NCBI GenBank assembly: GCA_028279805.1
Contig: JANQMZ010000007.1
Coordinates: forward strand, 214,399 to 278,398
DNA: 64,000 nucleotides
Direction of reading: 5' to 3'
DNA from: an archaeon
GTDB lineage: Archaea > Iainarchaeota > Iainarchaeia > Iainarchaeales > JANQMZ01
Shown here: one piece after another, positions 39,302 to 48,000 of the stretch
Layout: the number at the start of each line of letters is the position of its first letter
Numbering within the stretch: position 1 is the stretch's first letter
The notes under the pieces: model-generated
Seen by the model: the letters and a program-made list of their open reading frames with translations, nothing else
Databases searched by the model: none
Told to the model about the DNA's origin: nothing
Translations under genes and position numbers: made by a program

Positions 39302-41098
39302 ATGGTTTCAGATAAAATTGCTGTTGTTGATTTCGGAGGACAATATGCACACCTTTTGGCCAGAAGAGTCAGAGAGTTAGGTGTTTTTTCTGAAATTTTA
39401 CAGCCAAATGCTTCGAAAAAAGATTATTCTGATTTTAAAGGAGTCATTTTAAGCGGGAGTCCTTACAGCATTTGCGATTTGCATGTCCTGAAATGGAAAA
39501 ATGATTTGTTTAAAATGAATATTCCGGTTCTGGGAATTTGTTACGGGCACCAGCTTATAATGAGAGAAAATGGAGGGGAAATACGGAGAGCTCCAAGCAC
39601 GGAATTTGGTTCTGCAAAAATGCATGTTTTAAACAAAAAAGGCGTTTTTAAGGGTTTAAAGGGCAAAAGCGTTGTATGGATGTCTCATAATGATGAAGTT
39701 TCTTCTCTGGCGCCCGGATTTGAGGTTATCGGAAAAACAGCTGACTGCAAATATGCCGCTATTGCAAATTTTGAAAAAAAATGGTTCGGTTTTCAGTTTC
39801 ATCCGGAAGTAACTCATTCAGAGGAAGGGCAAAAAATGTTGAAAAATTTTGTTTTCAATGTCTGCCAATGCAAAAAAGAATGGAGTTTAAAGGATTTTAA
39901 AAAACAAAAAATCAGGGAAATCAGAAAAAAAGTGGGCAAAAAAAATGTTTTTTTACTGGCTTCAGGCGGAATTGACTCAACTGTCTGCCTTGCCTTACTT
40001 TTAAAATCATTGCCAAAAAAACAAATTCATGCTTTTTTTATTGACACCGGTTTGATGAGACAAAATGAGCCAAAACTAATTCAAAAAAGTTTTGAAAAAA
40101 TGGGTTTTAAGCTCAAAATTGTTAAAGCAGGAGAAGAATTTTTATCAAAACTAAGAAATGTTTCAGACCCAGAACAAAAAAGAAAAATTATTGGAAAAAT
40201 TTTTTTAGAAGTCAAAGACAAAGAACTTGAAAAACTTAAAGTTAATACAAAAAACTGGATTCTGGCACAGGGAACAATTTATCCGGACACAATTGAAAGT
40301 GCGGGAACAAAACATGCAGACAAAATCAAAACACATCATAACAGAATTGAAGAAATTTTAAAAGAATTAAAAAAAGGAAAAATAATTGAACCAATTGAAG
40401 AATTATACAAAGATGAAGTAAGATTTTTAGGAAAAGAATTAGGATTGCCTAAAAAATTTATTGAAAGGCATCCTTTTCCAGGACCCGGATTGGGAGTCAG
40501 AATTTTATGTTCCAACGGAAAACAAATTCAAGGAAAAAAACTGGAACAAAAAATTAACAATTTTTTAAAAAAAACAGGTTATAAGGCTAAAATTCTGCCG
40601 GTTAAAAGTGTGGGGGTTCAGGGAGATTTAAGAACTTACAAAAAAGCTGTTGCACTTGAAGGAAAAATTGATTTTCAAAAGATTGAAAAACTGTCAACAC
40701 AAATAACAAACAGGTTCAGGGAAATTAACCGGGTTGTTTTGCTTTTATCCCCTCAAAAAATTAAAAAATTAAAAATGTTAAAAGCATTTTTAACTGATGA
40801 CAGAATTAAAATGGCACGGGAAGCAGATGCTGTTTCAATGAATGTTGTAAAAAAAAATAGTTTGTTAAAAAAAACATGGCAGTTTCCCACAGTTTTAATT
40901 CCCGTGCAAGTTAACGGTTTTGGGGAGAGTATTGTTTTAAGGCCGATTGAAAGCCTGGAAGCAATGACTGCAAAATTTTACAAAATGCCAAAAAAAGCTT
41001 TGAAGGAAAATGTTAAAGGAATTTTAAAAATTCCGAGAATTGGAACTGTTTTTATGGATGTTACACACAAGCCTCCTGCCACAATTGAATGGGAATAG
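39302..41098 (+). CDS. guaA: GMP synthase (glutamine-hydrolysing), fused GATase + ATP-PPase form
   Basis: GATase VVDFGGQYAHLLARRVRELGVFSEI; PP-loop LASGGIDSTV; HPFPGPGLGVRILC; C-terminus KPPATIEWE; ORF track start 39269, Met 39302 preferred. Confidence 0.88.
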   Translation: MVSDKIAVVDFGGQYAHLLARRVRELGVFSEILQPNASKKDYSDFKGVILSGSPYSICDLHVLKWKNDLFKMNIPVLGICYGHQLIMRENGGEIRRAPSTEFGSAKMHVLNKKGVFKGLKGKSVVWMSHNDEVSSLAPGFEVIGKTADCKYAAIANFEKKWFGFQFHPEVTHSEEGQKMLKNFVFNVCQCKKEWSLKDFKKQKIREIRKKVGKKNVFLLASGGIDSTVCLALLLKSLPKKQIHAFFIDTGLMRQNEPKLIQKSFEKMGFKLKIVKAGEEFLSKLRNVSDPEQKRKIIGKIFLEVKDKELEKLKVNTKNWILAQGTIYPDTIESAGTKHADKIKTHHNRIEEILKELKKGKIIEPIEELYKDEVRFLGKELGLPKKFIERHPFPGPGLGVRILCSNGKQIQGKKLEQKINNFLKKTGYKAKILPVKSVGVQGDLRTYKKAVALEGKIDFQKIEKLSTQITNRFREINRVVLLLSPQKIKKLKMLKAFLTDDRIKMAREADAVSMNVVKKNSLLKKTWQFPTVLIPVQVNGFGESIVLRPIESLEAMTAKFYKMPKKALKENVKGILKIPRIGTVFMDVTHKPPATIEWE

Positions 41099-41125
41099 TT
41101 GCGGTAGGGCGTTCTAACACAATCT

Positions 41126-41148
41126 TATTGATAACGATTATCAATAAC
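41126..41148. promoter_or_regulatory. Fur-box-like perfect inverted repeat TTATTGATAA-cga-TTATCAATAA
   Basis: 10-bp arms, 3-bp spacer, 12 nt upstream of fur start; resembles the GATAATGATAATCATTATC class. Confidence 0.55.
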
Positions 41149-41159
41149 TTTATAAAGTA

Positions 41160-41576
41160 TTGTCAATAAAAATTGAAGAGAAGGTAGTTTTCGTGGAAGA
41201 AAGAAAAACAAAACAAAAAAATGCGCTTAACAAAATATCAAAAAAACTAGGAAAATTTTTTTCAGCAGAAGAATTGCATAATAAATGCGAAACAGAGGGA
41301 CAGAACATAGGAATAGCCACCATATACCGGTTCCTGAAAAAAGAGGCTGAAAACGAAAACCTAAATGTGTTTGAATGCGAGGGTAAAAAAATATACTCAC
41401 GTTCAGAAAATGAGCACAGCCATTTCACTTGCACAAACTGCCATAAAAAAGTGCATCTGAAAACCCCTATGAAAATATTTAAGGAATTAAAAAAGCAAGC
41501 AAATTTCACGTTGGAAGCATTTCAGATAGAAATTGCGGGATTGTGTGAAAATTGCATTTCAAAACAAGCACAATAA
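41160..41576 (+). CDS. fur: Fur-family metalloregulator (Fur/Zur/PerR)
   Basis: 138 aa; winged-helix GIATIYRFL; metal site HSHFTCTNCHKK...CENC. Confidence 0.75.
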   Translation: MSIKIEEKVVFVEERKTKQKNALNKISKKLGKFFSAEELHNKCETEGQNIGIATIYRFLKKEAENENLNVFECEGKKIYSRSENEHSHFTCTNCHKKVHLKTPMKIFKELKKQANFTLEAFQIEIAGLCENCISKQAQ

Positions 41577-41641
41577 GCACAATCCTGGGTAAAACAACAA
41601 ATTAGATTTAACAAAATTAAACAAACAGGGAGGTAGTACAA

Positions 41642-41899
41642 ATGGAAAAGAAATTGTATATAGGAAACGTGGATTATCAAACCACAAAAGACCAATTAGG
41701 AGATGCGTTCTCTGAATTTGGTGAAATAAGGGACATATTCATCCCTACTGACAGGGAAACAGGAAAATCACGAGGATTCGCATTCCTGACTTTTAGCGAA
41801 GAGGAAGACGCAGATAAAGCAATTCAGGCAATGAACGGTAAAAAATTCAACGGAAGAGAACTCTCAGTTTCCGAAGCACGACCAATGAACAGAAGATAA
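41642..41899 (+). CDS. RRM-domain RNA-binding protein
   Basis: 85 aa; RNP-2 LYIGNV and RNP-1 RGFAFLTF. Confidence 0.8.
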   Translation: MEKKLYIGNVDYQTTKDQLGDAFSEFGEIRDIFIPTDRETGKSRGFAFLTFSEEEDADKAIQAMNGKKFNGRELSVSEARPMNRR

Positions 41900-41966
41900 C
41901 AAAAGCAAGAAAAAATGGCCTCTTTTGGAGAGCATAAAAAACCAAATACGTTATGAGGAGAGGTAA

Positions 41967-43622
41967 TTGGAAGATAAAAAAAAGAAACGACGTGCACTTT
42001 TAGGAGATAAAGAAATAAAGCTAATTGGCAATAGACCAAAAGAAATGCAACAGATAAAAGGAAAATTTGCAATACCTGCTGCAAGAAATACCAAAAAATC
42101 TCTCAGGTTAAAAGGTCTTTCAAATGGCACTCTGATTCTTTCAACACTACCAAACATCGGAAAACATGCATGCGTAAGACAAATACTGGATGTTGAAGAG
42201 AAAAGTGAAAAAATACTCGGAAAAAAAATTCCAATTTATCATGTTTCCTCAGACGAACCTGAAAAATGGGGGGAAGTCACCGAGATTCACCCTAATGTTA
42301 AAGCAAAAGGATATTCAATTTACAAAATGAATAATGAAGAAAAAAAAGAATTTCTCAATAATTTTGGAGTCGAAGTTGAAAACAACCAAAGAATAGCACA
42401 CGGACTATTCGGAATAAAAAATGGAAAAATAATGACTTCTCTTATTCCAACAATCCAAATGGGAAACCCGGATGTGAATCGCTTTCTAAAAAAATTCCAA
42501 AGTAAAATTGAACAAAGAAATCACGCAGACATAATTATTGTCGGGGCGGGAGCAGCAGGAATCGGTATGGGAGTGCTTTTGCAAAAAATCGGAATCGATT
42601 TTATTATTCTTGAAAAAAAATCAATAGGAGAATCATTCAAAAAATGGCCAAAAGAAATGCAGTTCATTTCCCCCTCGTTTACAGGAAATTTTTTTGGAAT
42701 GCCAGACCTTAATGCAATAACACCTGAAACTTCGCCCGCATACAACTTTCTAACAGAACACCCTTCAGGAAAACAATACGCTAAATACTTAAAAGGGGTT
42801 GCAAACTATTATGAACTTCCAATTTTTACAGGAGTAGAAGTCAAATCAATTACAAAGAAAAAAGAAAATTTCCTAATAAAAACCAAAGACAACGAACTTC
42901 ACTCTAAATTTGTTATTTGGGCTGGAGGAGAATACCAATATCCAAATGATAATCCTTTTCCAGGCGCACAGTATTGCATACATAATTCAAAAATAAATAA
43001 TTGGAGCAAGTTCTATAATGGAGAATATCTTGTTATTGGCGCCTATGAATCGGGAATAGACGCTGCTTATCAGCTTGCAAAAAAAGGAATGAAAGTGGTT
43101 GTTCTTGATTCAGGGAATGAAATGACTAATGTTCAAAGCGATTCAAGCTATTCATTATCCCCTTTCACAAGGGAACGATATTTAGAACAAAAAGCAAGCA
43201 TAAAAATCGTTCCAAACGCAAAGGTAAAAGAAATTCAGCAAAAAAATGGCAAGTTCATAGCAGTAACTGAAGATGGAAGAACATTCAAAACAAAAACAAA
43301 ACCAATTCTTGCAACAGGTTTTAAATCAAGTCTTTCTTTAATTGGCGAATTATTTTCAAGAGAACAAGGAGTTGTTCAACTAACTGAGAATGACGAGTCA
43401 AAAAAAACCAAAGGATTATTCCTTGCCGGGCCACAGGTTCGACATAAAGATGCAATTTTTTGTTTCATATACAAATTCCGGCAAAGATTCGCTGTTATTG
43501 CAGAAAACATTGCAAAAAGATTGGGAAAAACAAACAATGCAAAAAAGATTATTGAAGAATATAAAAATCAAAATTTTTATCTGAAAGATTTAAGCTGCTG
43601 CGGAGATGACTGCCCATGCTGA
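41967..43622 (+). CDS. FAD/NAD(P)-binding oxidoreductase (flavin monooxygenase / pyridine-nucleotide-disulfide family) with approx 180 aa basic N-terminal extension
   Basis: Rossmann ADIIIVGAGAAGIGMG and second dinucleotide fold EYLVIGAYESGIDAAYQLAKKG; C-terminal CCGDDCPC. Confidence 0.5.
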   Translation: MEDKKKKRRALLGDKEIKLIGNRPKEMQQIKGKFAIPAARNTKKSLRLKGLSNGTLILSTLPNIGKHACVRQILDVEEKSEKILGKKIPIYHVSSDEPEKWGEVTEIHPNVKAKGYSIYKMNNEEKKEFLNNFGVEVENNQRIAHGLFGIKNGKIMTSLIPTIQMGNPDVNRFLKKFQSKIEQRNHADIIIVGAGAAGIGMGVLLQKIGIDFIILEKKSIGESFKKWPKEMQFISPSFTGNFFGMPDLNAITPETSPAYNFLTEHPSGKQYAKYLKGVANYYELPIFTGVEVKSITKKKENFLIKTKDNELHSKFVIWAGGEYQYPNDNPFPGAQYCIHNSKINNWSKFYNGEYLVIGAYESGIDAAYQLAKKGMKVVVLDSGNEMTNVQSDSSYSLSPFTRERYLEQKASIKIVPNAKVKEIQQKNGKFIAVTEDGRTFKTKTKPILATGFKSSLSLIGELFSREQGVVQLTENDESKKTKGLFLAGPQVRHKDAIFCFIYKFRQRFAVIAENIAKRLGKTNNAKKIIEEYKNQNFYLKDLSCCGDDCPC

Positions 43623-44590
43623 ACTTGCTTTCCCTGCTTAAAACTTACAGACCAACAGCAATATTTCTAATCTCAATTATTTTCGGATCACTACTGGGAA
43701 TATTTTCAAAAGAATCGGGATTACTGCTTGGAAGCTACTTGGACCATATTATACTTGCACTTGTATTTTTTATTTTTCTCGAAGTTCCTTTTGAAAACAT
43801 CCTAAAAGGAATTAAAAATATTAAATTCATAAGCGTTGCATGGGCAACAAACTTTATCCTTATCCCCATAATCGGATTTGTAATTGCATCTTTATTCCTG
43901 CAGGAAGCCCCATTATTTTTAATCGGGCTTTTCATATACTTCATGGCACCTTGCACTGACTGGTTTTTAGCTTTCACTAAAATCGCAAAAGGAGATACAG
44001 GATTAGGATCTGTTCTTCTGCCAATAAACATGATTACTCAATTACTACTCTATCCAGTTTACCTGTTTATTTTTGTAGGTTCAACACTAGAAACAAACAT
44101 ATCAACAATTTCCAATACTCTCCTTAATTGGTTTTTACTACCATTTGCCACAGCAACCATACTACGCCTGGTTTTAAGAAAACTTACCAAAGAGAACACA
44201 AAAGAAAAGATTGCAAACGCTACAACCTTTATTACAGAAGGAATTCTTGCAATTCTTATAATATCAATATTCGCCACGAACATTGCCAAAATATTAAATC
44301 ATTTGGAAATGCTTACACTAGTCTTAGCAGCGGTTTTCACATTCTTTGTAATAATTTATATAATAACCGAAAAAATATCCCGCCATCTTCATTTTTCACA
44401 TCCAATGCACGTACTATATACTATGACAACTTCCGCGCGAAACTCCCCATTAATGTTAGGTATAACTATTGCTGCATTCCCTCAACAACCACTCATATAC
44501 GCAGCACTCATCATAGGAATGCTTGTCGAATTTCCCTATTTAGCAATTGTTTCAGCAGTTCTTCAAAAACCAAATAAAAAACCATTTTAA
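43616..44590 (+). CDS. ACR3/BASS-superfamily permease (arsenite-efflux-like)
   Basis: 324 aa, approx 10 TM; resemblance to ACR3 around LVFFIFLEVPFENILKG...VAWATNFILIPIIGFVIASLFL. Confidence 0.45.
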   Translation: MLNLLSLLKTYRPTAIFLISIIFGSLLGIFSKESGLLLGSYLDHIILALVFFIFLEVPFENILKGIKNIKFISVAWATNFILIPIIGFVIASLFLQEAPLFLIGLFIYFMAPCTDWFLAFTKIAKGDTGLGSVLLPINMITQLLLYPVYLFIFVGSTLETNISTISNTLLNWFLLPFATATILRLVLRKLTKENTKEKIANATTFITEGILAILIISIFATNIAKILNHLEMLTLVLAAVFTFFVIIYIITEKISRHLHFSHPMHVLYTMTTSARNSPLMLGITIAAFPQQPLIYAALIIGMLVEFPYLAIVSAVLQKPNKKPF

Positions 44591-44668
44591 ACCCACTGAT
44601 ATTTAGGTAAAAAAACAAGGTTTTCTTATAATAACGTTCACAATGAAATCAAATGGAAACAATTTTTT

Positions 44669-45052
44669 TCATGGAATGAGAAGTTTTGCGTATTCAATTT
44701 TTTTGTTTTTTTGAAATTTTTTAAGCATTTTTTTTATTTCCTGTGACTGGCCGTTTATGACAAACATTTCAAGACATTTTCCGTTTGATAAATGATTATG
44801 AATTTGGGTTCTGATTAAAGAATTGAATTCGTGTCTTATTTTTGATATTTCTTCCGGTTTGTCCCTGTGGGTTACAAAAATTACTGCGTCTGAAAAACCT
44901 GTGAGCTCTGCTTTGTTTTTGTATTCATCCACGAGCAAATTAAGAGCTGCTCGAATTGTTTCGCTTCTCCCTGAAAACTCAAACTCGTTTTCCATTTTGT
45001 TTACTTGTTCAAGCAAATCTTTTCCCAAGGACATGCTGATTATTTCTGCCAT
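44669..45052 (-). CDS. nikR: NikR-type nickel-responsive regulator (RHH + ACT-like metal-binding domain)
   Basis: 127 aa; N-terminal ribbon-helix-helix ISMSLGKDLLEQV...SRSETIRAAL; C-terminal VIFVTHRD...HEF...HNHLSNGKC His/Cys cluster. Confidence 0.7.
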   Translation of the reverse strand: MAEIISMSLGKDLLEQVNKMENEFEFSGRSETIRAALNLLVDEYKNKAELTGFSDAVIFVTHRDKPEEISKIRHEFNSLIRTQIHNHLSNGKCLEMFVINGQSQEIKKMLKKFQKNKKIEYAKLLIP

Positions 45053-45060
45053 GAAATCAC

Positions 45061-45122
45061 GTTAATAACAAATTAAAAAAACACTAAAAATATTATTAAC
45101 AAATAAGTTTAAAATTATTAAC
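45061..45122. promoter_or_regulatory. candidate metalloregulator operators in nikR-znuA divergent promoter: GTTAATAA-N24-TTATTAAC plus a third TTATTAAC 22 nt downstream
   Basis: Inverted/direct repeats seen directly; third copy overlaps znuA TATA (gtttaaaatt) region. Confidence 0.35.
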
Positions 45123-45153
45123 TATGGTTTTTTCCTACAGGTGATTCTTTTTT

Positions 45154-46095
45154 ATGTTAAAAATTTCAAGTGTTTTATTAGTTTTTTTAATAATTATTTC
45201 CGGGTGTACAACCCAGCCTGTTGAAAATGAAGGATTGCAGGCAGTTGCAGGCTTTTATCCGTTTTATGACATAGCCAGAAATGTAGGCGGGGAAAAAGCA
45301 GATGTTTCTGTTTTGGTTCCTCCTGCAACCGAGCCGCATGCTTTTGAACCCACTCCTGGCGATATTTTGAGACTAAACCGGGCAGATTTGTTTATTGGCA
45401 CCGGTGTTGATTTTGAGGAATGGGAAGATAACATTGTAGCAGGTCTTGACCCAAACGTCAGACTGGTAAAAGCAAACAAAGGAGTAGAACTTTTGAAAGC
45501 AGAAGAAGATGAACATCATGAAGAACATGAAGAAGAAATACATGAGGAAGAAGAGGAAGAACACCACCATCATGATCATGGCGAATTTGACCCGCATTAT
45601 TGGGTTTCTCCTAAAAATGCAGTCAAAATCACAAACACAATAAAAGAATCTTTTATGGAAGCAGATTCAGAAAATGCTGCTTATTATGAAAGCCAGGCTG
45701 ACAAATTTATTTCAGAACTTGAAGCTTTGGATAATGAGTATACAACAAGACTTAATAACTGCAAACAGGACAGAGTTTTAACAACTCATGCTGCCTTTGC
45801 ATATCTTGGCAACGATTATGGTTTTATACAAATACCAATTTTGGGTTTGAGTCCTGAATCAGAGCCGACTCCTGGGGAAATTGCAGGACTGGTTGAAGAA
45901 GCAAAAGAACATGAACTAAAATATGTTTTCTTTGAAGAGCTTGTTGATCCACGGGTTGCTGAAACAATTGCCTCGGAAACAGGAACTGAAACACTTGTAT
46001 TAAATCCTGTTGCAGGTTCAAAAAAAGACGAAGGTTATTTAAGAATCATGAGAAACAATCTTGATAATCTTGAAAAGGCATTAGAATGTCAATGA
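45154..46095 (+). CDS. znuA: metal ABC transporter substrate-binding lipoprotein (ZnuA/TroA family) with His-rich loop
   Basis: 313 aa; lipobox IIISGCTT; loop EDEHHEEHEEEIHEEEEEEHHHHDHGEFDPHYW. Confidence 0.8.
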   Translation: MLKISSVLLVFLIIISGCTTQPVENEGLQAVAGFYPFYDIARNVGGEKADVSVLVPPATEPHAFEPTPGDILRLNRADLFIGTGVDFEEWEDNIVAGLDPNVRLVKANKGVELLKAEEDEHHEEHEEEIHEEEEEEHHHHDHGEFDPHYWVSPKNAVKITNTIKESFMEADSENAAYYESQADKFISELEALDNEYTTRLNNCKQDRVLTTHAAFAYLGNDYGFIQIPILGLSPESEPTPGEIAGLVEEAKEHELKYVFFEELVDPRVAETIASETGTETLVLNPVAGSKKDEGYLRIMRNNLDNLEKALECQ

Positions 46096-46790
46096 ATTCA
46101 ATAAAAGTTGAAAGCGTTTCTTTCCGATATTCAAAAGAATCAGTTATTGAAAATCTTTCTTTTGAAATGAAGAAAGGTGATTTTGTAGGGATTTTAGGAC
46201 CTAATGGATCGGGAAAGACAACGCTGATAAGACTGCTTCTTGGTTTCCTGAAACCTGAAAAAGGAAAAATAAGCATTTTTGGAAAAAATGTTTTCAAGGC
46301 AAGAGAACTTATCGGATATGTTCCACAGAAGCTTGACATTGACAGGAGTTTTCCGGGAACTGTAAGGGAGATGCTTGAACTGGTCAAAAGCAAAAGCGGG
46401 AATGAAATAATTAATCTTATGGAAATTAACCAGCTTTTTGATCAAAAATTTGTTGAACTGTCTGGAGGGCAACAACAAAGGGTTATTACTGCAATGTCTC
46501 TTCTTAAAGAGCCTGAAATACTTATTCTTGACGAGCCTTCTTCCGGAATTGATGTGAAAGGGCAAACAAAATTTAACGATTTGTTAAGCAGGCTGAATGC
46601 AGAGAAAGGAGTTACAGTATTATTAATATCTCATGATGTAAACCTGGTTTCAAAATATGCTAAAAAAGCGCTTTGTGTGAATAAAGGTCATTATTGTTTT
46701 GGTGCAACAAAAGAATTGCCAAAATTTATCAAAGAAACTTTTGGGAAAGACTATAAATTTTATCCGCATTACCATGGTGATTCTCATTGA
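46086..46790 (+). CDS. znuC: metal ABC transporter ATPase
   Basis: Walker A GPNGSGKTT, signature LSGGQQQRV, Walker B LILDEPSSGID. Confidence 0.85.
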   Translation: MSMNSIKVESVSFRYSKESVIENLSFEMKKGDFVGILGPNGSGKTTLIRLLLGFLKPEKGKISIFGKNVFKARELIGYVPQKLDIDRSFPGTVREMLELVKSKSGNEIINLMEINQLFDQKFVELSGGQQQRVITAMSLLKEPEILILDEPSSGIDVKGQTKFNDLLSRLNAEKGVTVLLISHDVNLVSKYAKKALCVNKGHYCFGATKELPKFIKETFGKDYKFYPHYHGDSH

Positions 46791-47581
46791 TTGAAATGTT
46801 CCAATATGCCTTTGTGCAAAAAGCATTTATTGCAGGAATACTGGTTTCAATAACAACCGCTTTGCTTGGAGTAATTCTGGTTCAGAAAAAATTATCCTTG
46901 CTTGGAGACGGATTGTCTCATGCAGCATTCGGCGGAATGGCAATAGGTCTTCTTTTCAACATTAATCCTTTGTTAAGTGCTTTGACCGTTGCAATTATTG
47001 CCTCAATTGGTATTGAAAAAATACTTGACAAAATAAAGTCACAGGGAGACGCAGCAATAGCAGTAATTTTGTCAACAGGAATGGCTATTGCAATTACAAT
47101 CATAGGATTAATCAGGGGATTTAATGTAAATCTTTTTAGTTTTCTTTTTGGAAGTATTCTTTCAATTAACAATTTTGATTTAATGCTTTTAATAGTTTTA
47201 TCCGTGCTTGTAATTGGAACAATTTTAATATTCAGAAAACAAATCTTATTTTTAATTCTGAACAAAGAACTTGCAGAGCTAAATGGAGTGGACACAAAAA
47301 AAATAAATTACACGATAATGATTTTATCGGCACTAACAGTAATTTTGGCAGTGCGTGCTGTTGGAATATTGCTTGTAACCGGAGTGATTGTAATGCCAGC
47401 ATTGGCAGCCCTGCAAATCTCAAAATCTTTTTCTGACACTTACAAAAAAACAATTGCAATCAGCTTGTTTGGAATGGTTGGCGGAATAATGCTGGCAATA
47501 TTGTTTGACCTTCCTCCAAGCGGCATAATCATACTGACAATGACAGCCATCTTGCTAATAACATTTTTTTTGAAAAAATAA
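46787..47581 (+). CDS. znuB: metal ABC transporter permease (ABC-3 family)
   Basis: 264 aa, 8-9 TM, operon with znuA/znuC. Confidence 0.8.
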   Translation: MIEMFQYAFVQKAFIAGILVSITTALLGVILVQKKLSLLGDGLSHAAFGGMAIGLLFNINPLLSALTVAIIASIGIEKILDKIKSQGDAAIAVILSTGMAIAITIIGLIRGFNVNLFSFLFGSILSINNFDLMLLIVLSVLVIGTILIFRKQILFLILNKELAELNGVDTKKINYTIMILSALTVILAVRAVGILLVTGVIVMPALAALQISKSFSDTYKKTIAISLFGMVGGIMLAILFDLPPSGIIILTMTAILLITFFLKK

Positions 47582-47652
47582 GGCTATTGTCACACTTTTA
47601 AGCCTATTACGTGGGAATAATTTAAATAGTAGAAAAACATACTTTTAGCATT

Positions 47653-48000
47653 ATGAAGGGGTTTAAAGGCATTTTAGTATTATTTGCTTTGATTTTTTTG
47701 CTTGGATTTGTTTCAGCTGAAGCACAGGAAAATTCAATAATGGGATTAATAACAGGTTTCATGAGCGGTTTCAGTTCAAATGAAATCGTTGAACAGATTA
47801 GTGATTCGTTGCCGGAAGAGTTAGAAGAATTTGGTCCGGGAGATGACGGAGTTATGACGGGACCGGGTGACGATGGTAAAATGGTTAAAGGGCCTGGCGA
47901 TGACGGAAAAATGGAACAGGTTTCTGTTTCAAATCCTGTTGATGCTGTTACTCAAACAATTGGAAATATTTTAAGCGGAATTTTCGGATTTTTTGGCTGA
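47653..48000 (+). CDS. small secreted protein with GPGDDG(x)M tandem repeats
   Basis: 115 aa; signal peptide ILVLFALIFLLGFVSAEA; repeats GPGDDGVMT/GPGDDGKMVK/GPGDDGKME. Confidence 0.45.
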   Translation: MKGFKGILVLFALIFLLGFVSAEAQENSIMGLITGFMSGFSSNEIVEQISDSLPEELEEFGPGDDGVMTGPGDDGKMVKGPGDDGKMEQVSVSNPVDAVTQTIGNILSGIFGFFG

